DNA of 64,000 nt from Mobula birostris (taxonomy: Eukaryota): the NCBI RefSeq assembly GCF_030028105.1, contig NC_092377.1, positions 33,290,782 to 33,354,781 of the forward strand, given 5' to 3'. The position numbers were made by a program, and so were the translations under genes. Shown piece after piece: positions 24,901-37,569 of this stretch (position 1 is the first letter of the stretch; each line of letters begins with the position of its first letter). Below the pieces are notes generated by a model. The model had not been told where the DNA came from. It saw nothing but the letters and a program-made list of their open reading frames with translations, and searched no databases.

Positions 24901-25121
24901 AACACACATCAAAGTTGCTGGTGAACGCAGCAGGCCAGGCAGCATCTCTAGGAAGAGGTACAGTCGATGTTTCAGTCCGAGACCCTTCATCCTGACGAAC
25001 GGTCTCGGCCTGAAACATCTACTGTACCTCTTCCTAGAGATGCTGCCTGGCCTGCTGCATTCACCAGCAACTTTGATGTGTGTTGCTTGAATTTCCAGCA
25101 TCTGCAGAATTCCTCGTGTTT
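24901..25121. mobile_element. Palindromic (fold-back) hammerhead-family insertion, 221 bp
   Basis: 15-bp perfect TSD ACACTATATTCCAGA (24886-24900 / 25122-25136). Arms of about 90 bp (24901-24991 vs 24994-25084) are near-perfect inverted repeats joined at the CTGANGA core. Confidence 0.93.
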
Positions 25122-25814
25122 ACACTATATTCCAGACATGGTTCTGCCAAATCACCACAAGTTGTTTGGGTGTGACCTATAGAGCTAATTTTATTATAAA
25201 CATAGAAAATGTAAAACAGTGTACCACAAGAATAGACCCTATTGCTTACAGTGTCTGTGTTGACCATGATGCCAAATTAAACGATTCTCATGTGCTTGCC
25301 CCTGGACTGTGTTCCTCTATTGTCTGCCTTTTCGAGTGGCCATCTAAATGCTGCTTAAATGTTACTGTTATATCTGCTTTTACCGTCTCCCTTGGTAGCA
25401 CGTTCCAGGCATCTACCATTTTCTTTGCCTTACAAATCTCCTTTCAACATTTCGCCTCTCACCTCAACCTTCTGCTGTCCAGTGCAGAGCGGCCAGTGAA
25501 GGAGTGGAGCTTTGAGGCTTTGGCTCAAGAAGTTTTGGCAGTTGGATTGTGCAATCAAGTCAATCAGCATTTGAATAGCTCAGACTCAGTAGAAAGCAGT
25601 TGATTGAGCAAACGACAATTGAAAAGCTCAAACAAATAAAAAGAGGGGTAGCTCAAGCAGAGCGGCCACTGAGTGAGTGGGCCAGTGAAGGAGTGGAGCT
25701 TTGAGGCTTTGGCTCGAGAGACTTTGGTGGGCAGAGGTTGAGGACGAGCTTACTCCCAGTGAGGTAAGACCGGGTAATTTTCTTTAATTAATTTAATTAA
25801 CTTAGGAGTTGGTA

Positions 25815-26733
25815 ATGGAGGCAGTAGATAGGGCAGTCCAGTGCTCCAGTTGTAAGATGAGGGAAGTCAGGGGCAGCACAATTGTGTCTGCTGACTACAC
25901 CTGCATCCAGCTGCAGCTCCTGTGAAACTGAGTTAGGGAACTGGAGCTGGATGAACTTCGGATCATTCAGTTGGCAGTGGCAGTAATAGATCGGAGTTTC
26001 AGGGAGACAGTCACACCTAAAAGTCAGGAGACAGGTAACTGGGTGACTGTCAGGAGAGAGAAGGGGAAAAGACAGAAGGAGCAGGGCACCCCTGTGGCCG
26101 TTCCCATCAACAATAAATATACTGTTTTGGATACTGTTGGTGGGGACGACCTACCAGGGACAAGTTGTAGTGGTTGTGTCTCTGGCACCGAGACTGGACC
26201 CTCAGCTCAGAAAGGAAGGAGGGAAAAGAGGAGAGCAGTAGTGATAGGGGATTCGATAGGGGGACAGATAAGAGGTTCTGTGGGAGAGATCGAGAATCCC
26301 GGATGGTCTGTTGCCTCCCTGGTGCCGGGGTCCGTGATATCTTGGATCGAGTTCTCGGTATTCTCAGGAGGGTGAGCAGCCAGATGTCGTGGTCCACGTG
26401 GGGACCAATGACACAGATAGGAGTAGGGATGAGGTCCTGAAGAAGGAATATAGGGAGTTAGGAAAGAAGTTAAGAAGCAGGACCTCAAGGGTGGTAATCT
26501 CGGGATTGCTGCCTGTGCCACGAGACAGAGAGGGTAGGAACAGGAAGTTATGGCAGATGAACGCGTGGCTGAAGAGTTGGTGCCGGGGGCAGGGGTTCAG
26601 ATTTCTGGATCATTGGGATCTCTTCTGGGGAAGGTCTGACCTGTACAAAAAGGACAGGCTGCACCTGAACTGGAAAGGGACCAATATCCTGGCGGGCAGG
26701 TTTGCTAGAGCTGTTGGGGAGGGTTTAACCTAG
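25815..26733 (+). pseudogene. CR1 ORF1: zinc finger/leucine zipper plus SGNH esterase (disrupted)
   Basis: MEAVDRAVQCSSCKM..YTC; esterase blocks VVIGDS, HVGTND, DRLHLN. Confidence 0.9.
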
Positions 26734-26734
26734 T

Positions 26735-29649
26735 TTGGCGGGGGTTGGGGATCAGAATGTGAGTGCAGAGGTTAGGGTAAAAGGACAAGGGCATGATGTT
26801 ATGTGTTCTGAGTTGGTGAGGAAGGACAGGCAGGGGACAAAATATAAATGTAGCCGGTTAGAGGGGTTGAAATGTGTCTATTTCAACACTAGGAGTATTA
26901 GGAATAAAGGGGATGAACTTAGAGCATCGATCAGTACGTGGAACTATGATGTTGTGGCCATTACTGAAACTTGGCTGGAGGAAGGGCAGGATTGGCTGAT
27001 GCAGGTACCGGGGTTTAGGTGTTTTAAAAGGAATAGGATGGGAGGTAGAAAAGGGGGGGGAGGAGCATTACTGGTCAGGGATAGTATCACGGCTATAGAA
27101 AGGGAGGACGCTGCAGAGGGAGTGTCCACTGAGTCGTTGTGGATGGAAGTCAGATATAGGAAGAGATCAATCATTGTGCTGGGAGTAGTCTATAGGCCCC
27201 CAAATAGCCCTCGGGACACCGAGGAGCAGATAAGTAGGCAGATTTTAGAATGGTGCAGGAAATACAGGGTTGTAGTTATGGGTGATTTCAACTTCCCTCA
27301 TATTGACTGGCACCTCCTGACTGCAAGGGGGATAGATGGGGCTGAATTTGTCAGGTGTGTTCAAGGAGGATTCCTGACACAGTATGTGGACCAGCTGACG
27401 AGAGGAGAGGCCATACTGGATCTGGTTCTGGGTAATGAACCTGTTCAGGTGGCAGACCTCTTGGTGGGGGAGCATTTTGGTAAGAGTGACCACAACTCCC
27501 TTAGCTTCAGCATAGCTATGGAAAAGGATAAAAACAGACAAAATGGGAAAGTACTTAACTGGGGAAGGGCTAACTATGAAGTGATGAGGCAGGAACTAGC
27601 GAGAGTAAATTGGAAACATGTTCAAGGGTGAAAGCACAGAGATAATGTGGAGGAAGTTTAGGGACCACTTGTGCTGGGCTCAGGACAGGTTTGTCTCACT
27701 GAGACAAGGAAAAAATGGTAGGAAAAGGGAACCGTGGCTGACGAAACACGTGAGGCAACCCGTCAAGAGGAAGAAGGAAGCATATGTTAGATATAAGAAA
27801 GGGGAAGCAGGAGGGGCTCATGAGAAATATAGGATAGCCAGGAAGGAGCATAAGAAAGGACTTAGGAGAGCTCAAAGGGGGTATGAGAAGATCTTGGCAC
27901 GTAGGATTGAGGAGAACCCCAAGGTGTTCTAAGTGTATGTGAAGAACAGAAGGATGACAAGAATGAAGGTGGGGCCGCTAAAGGATAAAGAAGGCAACAT
28001 GTGCCTGGAGGCGGAGAAGGTTGGGGAGGTTCTAAATGAATACTTTGCTTCAGTATTCACAAGTGAAAAGGACCTTGATCAGGGTGAGGTCGAAATAGAA
28101 CAGGCCTATGTGTTGGACAATGTGGAGGTTAAGGAAGAAGAAGTGTTGGATCTTCTTAAAAACATCAAGATTGATAAGTCCCCAGGGCCGGATGTGATAT
28201 ACCCCAGGTTGCTGTGGGAAGTGAGAGAAGAGATCGCTGGAGCAGTAGCTATGATCTTTCAATCCTCTTTGGCTGCAGGGGAGGTGCCAGAGGATTGGAG
28301 AATGGCAAATGTAGTTCCCTCGTTTAAAAAACGTAATAGGGAGAATCCTGGGAACTGTAGACCGGTGAGTCTTATGTCAGTGGTCTGAAAACTATAGGAA
28401 AGGATTCTTAAGGATAGGATCTATGAGCATTTGGAGAAGTACAGTCTACTCAAGGATAGTCAACATGGCTTTGTGAAGGGAAGGTCATGCCTCGTGTGCC
28501 TAATTGAGTTTTTTGAAGAGGTAACAAAAGAAATTGATGAGGGTAGGGCGGTAGATGTGGTCTACATGGGTTTTAGCAAGGCATTTGACAAGGTCCCCCA
28601 CGAGAGGCTCATCCAGAAAGTCATGAGGCATGGGATCAGTGGAACCTCGGCTGTTTGGATAAAAAAAATTGGCTTGCAGGAAGAAAGCAGAGGGTAGTAG
28701 TGGAAGGAAAGTATTCTGCCTGGAGGTCGGTGACTAGTGGAGTTCCGCAAAAGCCTGGGACCCCTGCTCTTTGTGATTTTTATAAATGACCTGGATGAAG
28801 AGGCGGGAGGATGGGTAAGTTTGCAGATGACACGGAGATTGGAGGAGTTGTAGATGGAGCTGTAGGTGTCGAAGGTTAAAGAGGATACAGACAGGATGCA
28901 GAGTTGGGCAGAAAAGTGGCAGATGGAGTTCAATCTGGATAAGTGTGAGGTGTTGCATTTTGAAAGGACAAACCAGAAGGCTGAGTACAGGGTTAATGGT
29001 CAGTTACTTAAGAGTGTGGATGAACAGAGGGACCTTGGGGTTCAGATCCATATGTCCCTCAAGGTCGCTGGACAGGTTGATAGGATAGTTAAGAAGGCCT
29101 CTGGGATGCTAGGCTTCATTAATAGGGGGATTGAGTTCAAGAGTAGAGAGATCATGTTTGCAACTCTACAAATTTCTGGTGAGACCACACTTAGAGTATT
29201 GTGTTCAGTTCTGGTCACCTTATTTATGGAAGGATGTGGAAGCTATGGAGAGGGTGCAGAAGAGATTTACCAGGATGTTGCCTGGATTGGAAATCAAGTT
29301 TTATGAGGCAAGGTTAACAGAGCTGGAACTTTTCTCTTTGGAGTGTAGAAGGATGTGAGGGGACTTGATAGAGGTCTACAAGATTATGAGAGGCATAGAT
29401 AGGGTGGATAGCCAGTAACTGTTTCCCAGGGCATGAATAGCAAACACCAGAAGGCATATGTACAAAGTTAAGGGAGGGAAGTTTAGGGGAGACATCAGGG
29501 TTAAGTTTTTTACACAGAAGGTTGTGGGTGCCTGGAATGACTTGACAGGGATGGTGGTGGAGGCTAAAACATTAGGGGTATTTAAGAGCCTCTTGGACAG
29601 GCACATGGATAAAAGAAAAATAGAGGGTTACGGGGTAGTGTGGGTTTAG
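26735..29649 (+). pseudogene. CR1 ORF2: apurinic endonuclease plus reverse transcriptase (disrupted)
   Basis: ITETWL, VYRPP, MGDFNFP, LDLVL, SDHN; KSPGPD, RPVSL, QHGFVKGRSC, FSKAFDKVPH, KFADDT (about 28817-28833), RPHLEYCVQFWSP. Confidence 0.95.
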
Positions 29650-30156
29650 TACTTTTTGTTTTTTTTTTAAGGGATATATGGATCGGCACAACATCGAGGG
29701 CTGAAGGGCCTGTACTGTGCTGTAGTATTCTAGTGTCTAGTATATGACGCTTTCACTAAGGTTGCTGTTAGGAATGGGTGGATGAATGATGGTAGAGAAG
29801 GTCACAGTTGAAGGGTGAAAGTACCTTCATTTTTGAGGGGCTGCAAAGACAGGCTTGGGAACTATTGCAGTGAGTCTAACATGAGAGGAAATCTGTTTGG
29901 AGAAATTTGGAGAGACAGGACCTACCTGAATTTGGAAAGGCAAAAGTACCTTGGGATAATGTAATGCACATGGGAAATTATGTCTTGTCAATTTGAGCTT
30001 TTTGAAGAGATAACCCAGAGGGTTGAAGAGGGCTAGACAGTGGACTTTAGCAAGGCCTTTGACAAGGTCTTGCACGGTAGACTGCTCAGCAGAGCCAACT
30101 TGATGGGCCTCATGTTCCAATTCTGCTCCACTGATTTAAAGTCTGCATTTGGAACT

Positions 30157-30930
30157 TTGCCTGGTCTCTAAACTTTGTGGTGTCCAGTGTTCTCAGGTGT
30201 TTATTGATATTGCATACTGTAAGTCCAATCGAATGAAGACCCGCATCTGTGATGATGGGGGCCTCAGGAGGAAGTTACCATGCGCTCCTGGCTGAACAAC
30301 TGTGCAAGTGCTTCAGCCCTGCCCTTACCAATTCCATGGAGATGGTCGGAGTGGGGGCAGGTGTGGGAGGGCTTCCTCCTTCCTGTTACAGTCTAATTGT
30401 CTATTGCCATGTACAACTTCATGTGATGAGACTATAGTATCACTTATCTCTGCTTATTGCATTGTGTTCTCGATTATTTTAGCTTATTTGTAGCCCTATG
30501 TTGTAGCTTCTCCAGGTTAGAATGTTAAGTGTGCCCAATGCTGCTCCCCTGGGCTTTTTTCCATTTCTCAATAAACCAGCACTGATCCCTTGACATATTG
30601 TAATGGTAGAGTGAAAGAAGTTATGCCATGAGATTGTAGGTTATGGTGGTGTACGTTTCTTTTGTGTTGATGGTCCACAGCACATTGTGGATGCCTATGT
30701 TTGAGCTGCCAGAATATTCAGTGTATACCATTCAGCATGATGGTTGTGCCGCTCGATACATGGAAAATACTGTGCTTCAGGATGAAGAATGGGATTTTGT
30801 TTCCACCAGAACTCTGCTTGCCTAGTCTCTAAGCTTTATGGTACCCAGTGTTCTCAGGTGTTCCTTGATAATGTACACTGTAGGTCCAATTGAATGAAGA
30901 CCCATTTGTGTGATGATGAGGTCCTTGGGA
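30157..30930 (+). repeat. Dispersed direct repeat of about 113 bp (30157-30270 and 30818-30930)
   Basis: Both copies read ttgcct(g/a)gtctctaa..ccagtgttctcaggtgtt..ctgta(a/g)gtccaat(c/t)gaatgaagaccc..tgtgatgatg. Confidence 0.85.
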
Positions 30931-31282
30931 TGAAACTGAATCAGTTACACCTACCACAGATAGATTGGTGAGGCTGAGGTCAAATTGCTAGTGTGGATTT
31001 ACCCCATATTGTAGACCATATCTGGCAGCCATGTCCTTCAGGGCTCAGCCACCCACTTCATTTCACCAATGCCTCCTGACCTGTTTGGTGTTTCAAATAT
31101 TTTCTGTTTTATTTCAGATTTCTAACATCTGCATTAATTCTGTAAATTTTGATTTAAAATGATTACATGCAATATTGAACATAACAATGCAGGGAAGGCA
31201 AAGTATTACACTATTGAATCATTTTCATCACAGATCACTCCATTTAATGTTTGGTGCAAATTGAATGTCTTTACTCAATTAT

Positions 31283-31655
31283 CTGTTCGTAATGTGCCGT
31301 GTCATATGATGTGGGTAATCTTGGGCTTTCCATGACCATGATCATTCTTGGCAAATTTTTCTACAGAAGGCATTTGCCATTGCCTTCTTCTGGCAGTGTC
31401 TTTAAAAGACAGGTGACCCCAGCCATCATCAATACTCTTCAGAGATTGTCATCCTGGCATCAGTGGTTGCATAACCAGAACTTGTGATATGCACCATCTG
31501 TTTATACGACTATCCACCACCTGCTCCATGGCTTCACGTGACCCCGGTTGGGGCTAAGCAAGGGCTACACCTTACCCAAGGATGGCCTGCAGGGGAGCGA
31601 AGGGAAGAAGTGCCTTGTACCTCCTTTGTTAGAGACATATCTCCACCCTGCCACC
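31283..31655 (-). mobile_element. Non-autonomous bipartite RTE-derived element (Bov-A-like)
   Basis: Minus strand has GAAGAAGGCAATGGCAAA..TTGCC, like the BovB/RTE 5' motif GGAGAAGGCAATGGCAACCCAC, followed by a 3' end GACACGGCAC similar to the RTE end at 20590. Confidence 0.65.
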
Positions 31656-33439
31656 CTTTTTACTCAATAGAGTATCTACACAGAAAAGAGTCTTGAATAA
31701 ACTTCTTTTTTCAATGACAGCATCAAAAGAGTCTGAATTGTTTATTTATCATTGACGTAAAAACAAGGGATTAAGTTTTAAGAAGAGACACAATTTTATA
31801 ACAGTTTACAAAAACTAGGTTCTGAACTCTGTGCTCAGGGGTAACTGCACTGTTCAACGTGATGTTCAGCCATACAGATCAATAAAGGTCCCATTTTACG
31901 TGACAACAGTTGGGATCCTGACTACGTTCATTAGTGGAGATTGTAAGAATTAGGTGAATTACAAGAAAGGTGAGCAGTAATTACAGAACTATATTTAGGA
32001 CGTTAGTGCAATCAGGAGATAAGTGCAGTGGTAGTGGGGGGAATGAAGAAAAGCGATTAAGGCCTAGGATAAATAATCAGATTCAAATAGAAACTTAATT
32101 CTTTAAATAGGCAAAGTTTTAAGACCTCAACTTTTTACTGAGTTGCCAATATTTCTATATATCTTGTTCTAAAATAATAAATAACTTTGTGCGCAATTTG
32201 GTTGAATTAGAAAATGAAAGGCGTCTTTGAATAATGAAGCACAGGGTAGTCACTCCTTCTGTTGGACTTGTAGTTAGTTGTATCGGTTCAGAGAATTTTA
32301 GCTTTGAGTCACTTGAAATAATAACTATCTTAAAGAAACTTGAGATTCAATCTGGCAGCTTCAGAAGCAAGTCCTGAGGCTCTGTTCTAATCAGTGTGCA
32401 TCCATCTGAGTTTAAGAGGAAAAAAAGAACATACGTGTTCCACGGCCAGTTCTAATGTTGTGTTTTGTTATAAACTGTACAAACTTTGATGTTTCATTTA
32501 TACACAAACTGCATCTCTGTTTGAATAGAGCTTCTCTCCTGGTGGGTAAATTTGAAGTACTTGAAAGAGTGTAGGCAGCAGGAGTACCTGACACCTTTTA
32601 AAACCTGCTTTGACACCACACTGGAGTTGCATTGCAGTGGTGTTTGAATCTAAGCAGAGTGAATTGATACCCCTGGAGGGCATCTCATTCTGCTTCTCTC
32701 ACTTGGGTCAGGAGCTCCTGACTCCACAAGTGTACATTTACTTTATTTTTGCAGTGATGTGATTTCTTCTCAGCAGGAATGCCAAAGTTGAACGTAGAGT
32801 TTTCATTTTGAACTCTGGTGTCCATGCTGACCTTTCTCAGACTAACAGAAACATGACTACTTTGTTTTAAGCTTGTTTTTGAACTTAGCGATAAGATGAC
32901 CAAACCAGTTTACCTGGAATTTAAATGTGAAATTTAGAGGCATGCACATTTAAAAAAATATTGTCATTTTATGGTAATCTAACCTATCCTCATTTTGATT
33001 TTAAAAATACAAACTAGTTTCATGTTATGTAACAAATATGCCATTAGGAGTTTCTCTAGAGAGCAGGATGGGGGATTTGAGTTGTGAAGCTGAGACATTG
33101 CATGAATAGAAAGCTGACTGGGGTGAATAATATGTGGGCATGTAGGATGAGATAAGAAATGTTGGCATACAACATGACAATATAAAGTGGAGTGTAAGCA
33201 TAAGATTTTTGATCAAATTGCCTGGAATTGGAAGTTCATTGAGTTGATTAGATAATGGTATGGAATGGTTAGTGTTGGAGTAGGATAAGTGTTAAATATC
33301 AAGCATGAGTATCATTCATTTTGACCTTGTTGAAAAGGAGGGCTAATGAGAGAGCTTTATTTGGTGGGTTTGCCACTTGAGGACAATGACTGTACTCTGT
33401 GAAGACCCTTTATTTAAACATGGAATAACTCTCAAAGGA

Positions 33440-34335
33440 CTGTAGTGAATCTTTGGAATTCACCACACTAGAGGTTTGTTGAGGCTCAATAGTTGAGTTC
33501 ATTCAAGACAGTGATCATAGAAGTGCAGAGCCACACAGCACAGAAACAGGTTCCTCAGCTTCCTGATCTTCGAGAACTCATCTAATCCCACTACCACCAT
33601 TTACTCCATAGGCTACTATGCCTCGTTGTTTCAAATGCCCGTTGTGAGACTACCTGCCTCCAATACAGGATGTGATTAAGCAATGGGTTGCAGAAAAGAT
33701 CCACAAAGATGTTCCTGAATTGGAGGGCTTGAATTTTCAGGAAAGATTGGATAGGCTGGTCTGTTTTCCAAGGGGCAAAGGTGACTGAGAGGTTTATACA
33801 ATAATGTGATCGTAGCTAGGGTAGGTGGCCAGAGTTCTTGTTCCCACAGGAGGGGTGACTGAAACCAAAGGTTATATGCTTAAGGTGAGAGGTTTAAAGG
33901 GAAATCTAAGGGATACATCTTTCACACAAAGAGTTAGTTGGTGTCTGGAATGAACTGTTAGAAGAGGTGGTGGAGGCAGAAACACTAACAACGTTTTAAG
34001 AGGCATCTGGACAGGCATTCGAATGAGCAAGACGTAGAGGCATATGGGATTATTGTAGGCTAGTGGGATTAGGATAGATAGACATGGTGATTGACGTAGG
34101 TGTGGTAGGCTGAAGGACCTGTTTCTATGCTGTACGGTATCATTCTGTAGAACATAGAAAAGTACCGCACAGGAATAGACCCGTCGGCTCACAACGACTA
34201 TGACCTTATTGGATCAATAGATTTTTAAATGTTCAGGAACTGAGGAAATGGTATGAGTGCAGGTGGTAAATGATTAGTCAAAATCCTATGGAATAATGGA
34301 GCAGGTTCAAGGAATTGAATGGCCCACTCTAGCTT
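33440..34335. mobile_element. Cluster of old CR1 3' fragments
   Basis: QKRSTKMFLNW.., KVRG..FKGNLRDTSFTQRV..WN, and tails in both orientations. Confidence 0.7.
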
Positions 34336-35228
34336 CTCATTTTGTTTATGTAAGCAGCTTATCATCCACCTTACCAAAAATTACTCACAAGATATTGACA
34401 TTTAAGTGAAATCTTCATTAAGTAGGAGTAAATCTTGGTGAACAATTGGAGCAGGGACCCCAGACTTAATTCAGTACCCATTAAGAACTCTCACATTCTG
34501 CTTAAGTTTTCTGTTTCTATAAGGACTGTAGTCAGAAATTCCTTTGAGCTTTTCCTACTTGGTGGAACTTAGTCTGCAGTGTAGTAGGGATTACTCATAA
34601 ACAAATAAATGGAGCTTTTATGACTTCCCTGGTGAAGTTAGTGTCAGAACAGATTTGGGACCAAGACAATTTCAGATCACTTAAAAACAAATGTGTCGCA
34701 CTTTTACTTATTCTTTCAAAGTTTCTTGTGGATTGGATGAAGTATCAGTTCTCTGCTAACACTTAACTGCATTCCCCAGTGTCTTGATACATAAATGGGA
34801 TGTTGGGTGTATCGTTAAAACAGTCCCAGATTGCTATTTGCTGTCTGGATTGTGCTACGTACTTTCAAGCAGAATTACATTCGCAGTAATCCAGTGAGCC
34901 TCAGAACTGGTGTTCAGGATAAAAAAGTTAAACATGACTCCCAGTGTTTGGTAATTGTCTTGTGACTCCTTCAATGTGCAATCTGGGTGAGGCTAGAATT
35001 AATCTTAGCTTTAATTAAGTTTTAAAAAGTAAAGGATGCATTTGATTTAGACAAGGAAAAAAAAAACAGCCTCATACACCAGGAACCAGATAGTCAGGCC
35101 TTGTGGATCTGTGCATCAGCAGGAGTCACAGAGACAATTGATAAAGAAATACACATTGCTAATAGACGCATGCAGGCTACATGAATAAAGTGATGTAACC
35201 TGATTATGTTTTGCTACTTCCACCATAG

Positions 35229-35303
35229 CATAATGCGATGGGATAATGAGGTGGATGTGTCTCTTCTCGAAGGACATTTTGATGTCATTATCTGTGCTGA
35301 TTG
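35229..35303 (+). CDS. CAMKMT: CAMKMT internal coding exon: [24 protein letters not shown](C)
   Basis: Acceptor cttccaccatag|C and donor TG|gtgag; 75 nt. Contains the class I methyltransferase motif FDVIICADC; recalled human sequence is [25 protein letters not shown]. Confidence 0.97.
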
Positions 35304-37041
35304 GTGAGTATCTACATTTTATATAAATAAAATATTATAAATATTATTTTGTGACATGCAACATATTCTAGGGATAATTTTTCATGCTTTGTATTTTTTT
35401 TGGAAAAGAAAGATTACTTACCAAAAATCCTAAAGCAAATGGATAAAGTGTGGAATAACATAACGGTGACAAATTAATATGCAGCTTCATGTGACAGCTA
35501 TCAAGTAGTGGTCTATCAGACAGTAACTTCTACCACATTATTTCCAAAGATTGATTTTAAGAGGCATTCCATTTTCTGAAATTGCCTCTTTTTCATGCTT
35601 GATGTACCAGTAAATGGACAACTTAGGCAAATTGCTAATAATTATGACTCAGTGAGAAGCAGTCGGAGAAAGCAAATGTATCAACATAAACAGCTCTTTC
35701 TGAAGATTAAAAAGGAATCAGTTGCTCCTTTCTCTCTTCGAAAACAAATATTTGACCAGCAGTGCAGTATTAATTCTAGATACAAATAAATAGCTTCAAA
35801 ATTCTGCTTTTTTTCTATAACTTTATCAGGCAGAGATATTTCTTTGATACCATCTACAAATTTATTGTACTAGGTACTTGTGAAATTATTTTCGATTGTT
35901 TGATTATGAATTGTTCGTGGACACGCTATCCCATATGAAATTCTCGTACAGGTGCATTTATTTTTGTTCTTCTTTTGTTTCCTTTAATTATTCTAGTTGA
36001 AGTCAATGTACATTTTGATCCTAGATCAGCACAGTCAGCTAATTTCAATATGGGTGCTCACCAGCACTGCACAGTTAGCCTATCCACATCCATTGCTGGC
36101 AGCGATAATTCTTGCCACAAAGTCCTCAAGTATAGATATAACAATTCAAGCAACGTTGTGCGTGTACCAAAACTCCTTCTATGTTAAACAACTAACTCAT
36201 GTCCAAGTTCACATGGCAATAACTGACAGCTGACAGCTTGGATACATGAAGTCCTCTCTGACAGCGGCCAGGATCCTCAACAAAAAATGAAACAAAAAAA
36301 AAGTTATTAGAAAGAGGAAATCCAATAAATAATGCATGCACAAACTCTATCCCTTTTGGTTTTAATGCAAATAAATTAGATAGACTGCATTAGTACTTTA
36401 GCAGTGATGATATAAACCAGGGTTGTATACTCTGAATCAGACAAAGAGCTGAGCGACACCATATGATTTCAGTAAGTAATTTAGCAAATGTCATCTTCAC
36501 CTAATATTAGAGTGGATACTTCAGGTTTCATTGCAAGGATAAAGATAATGCCATAGGATTAGATCAGATTAAAAATGAAGGCGGTCAGGAGAACCAGAGA
36601 AGAAGAACCTGCAGACTCCTTGGAAGCTTATGCATAGCTCACATATAGACTTTCCACAGATTAAATAGATGAAGCGGGGTCTGGCCAAAAGATTTAACAT
36701 TTTAAATATTTTCTTTGTGCCAGAACAAAAGCAGCCTGCTTGGTATTTTTTTCTACCATAGCTTATTTTGAAATAAACTGGACGGGTAAGAAATAAGGTA
36801 TGACATAAATCAATTCAGTTTGAAAATGTATATTTATAAATCCTAGCCATCTATCAAACACTGGCCTGCAGCTGAATAAAGACTATGTAAAGGAAGTGAG
36901 AAAAATATTTAGATTTTGCATAAACCCTTCTCTAACAGATTACTTTGGTGGATAATTGAAATCAGTATTTTCTGTTAATATCTTAGACTTATGCAAGATG
37001 CCTTGAAAATCCTCCTCTTGTTTCTCTCCCCTCAATATCAG

Positions 37042-37105
37042 CTTGTTTTTGGACCAGTACAGAGTCAGCCTTGTTGATGCAATAAAGAGATTACTCAAAC
37101 CCAAT
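37042..37105 (+). CDS. CAMKMT: CAMKMT internal coding exon: [21 protein letters not shown]
   Basis: Pyrimidine tract plus atatcag|C, donor AAT|gtaag; 64 nt. TG+C gives Cys. Near-identical to recalled human [21 protein letters not shown]. Confidence 0.97.
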
Positions 37106-37569
37106 GTAAGTATGTTTCAGTTTTCGCTGATGGTGAGCTTTGGAATAATTAGTTCCCCTACACAATGATTGAGAATGTAGTGGAATGGCATGATTAATGT
37201 CAATGTAATACTTTAATACTTATTAGGTCCAACTTCAATTGAGACATCTTATCTGCTTGACTCTTGCATAAACTAGAAAACTTCTCTATTTAGCTGACAG
37301 ATATGATACACAGTTTGAAGCTAAATGAATGAAATTGCTCCAAGGATTCATGAGATTATTTTTTAATCGAAGTCTATTTCAAGTTATCAAAACCAATTAT
37401 GATTTTTCTTCCATTAGTGTTAAACTAAGTACTAAATTATTTGCTTACTTTGAGCTTGTGATTTTTCAAAATTCTTTTAAGGTAAGATAGGGAGAATTCA
37501 GTGCCAATGTGTTCCTCAAGAGCAAGGCTGGCAAGATTAGGGAACACTAGCTGTTTAAGGATTTTGGGT

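Larger units (their letters stand above)
25481..29741 (+). mobile_element. Near full-length CR1 LINE (5' UTR, ORF1, ORF2, tail)
   Basis: Ordered ORF1 (zinc finger plus SGNH esterase) and ORF2 (APE plus RT) motifs; tail ...ctgtactgtgctgtagtattctagtgtctag. Several stops and frameshifts. No TSD seen. Confidence 0.95.

Noticed and set aside
24889-25267. Recurrent ORFs such as MLEIQATHIKVAG.. (also 57750-57971)
   Set aside because: These are translations of the non-coding hammerhead-family repeat, not genes.
26735-27631. 298-aa ORF as a domesticated host endonuclease
   Set aside because: It is the APE part of CR1 ORF2 and continues into frameshifted RT sequence; its openness is explained by young age.
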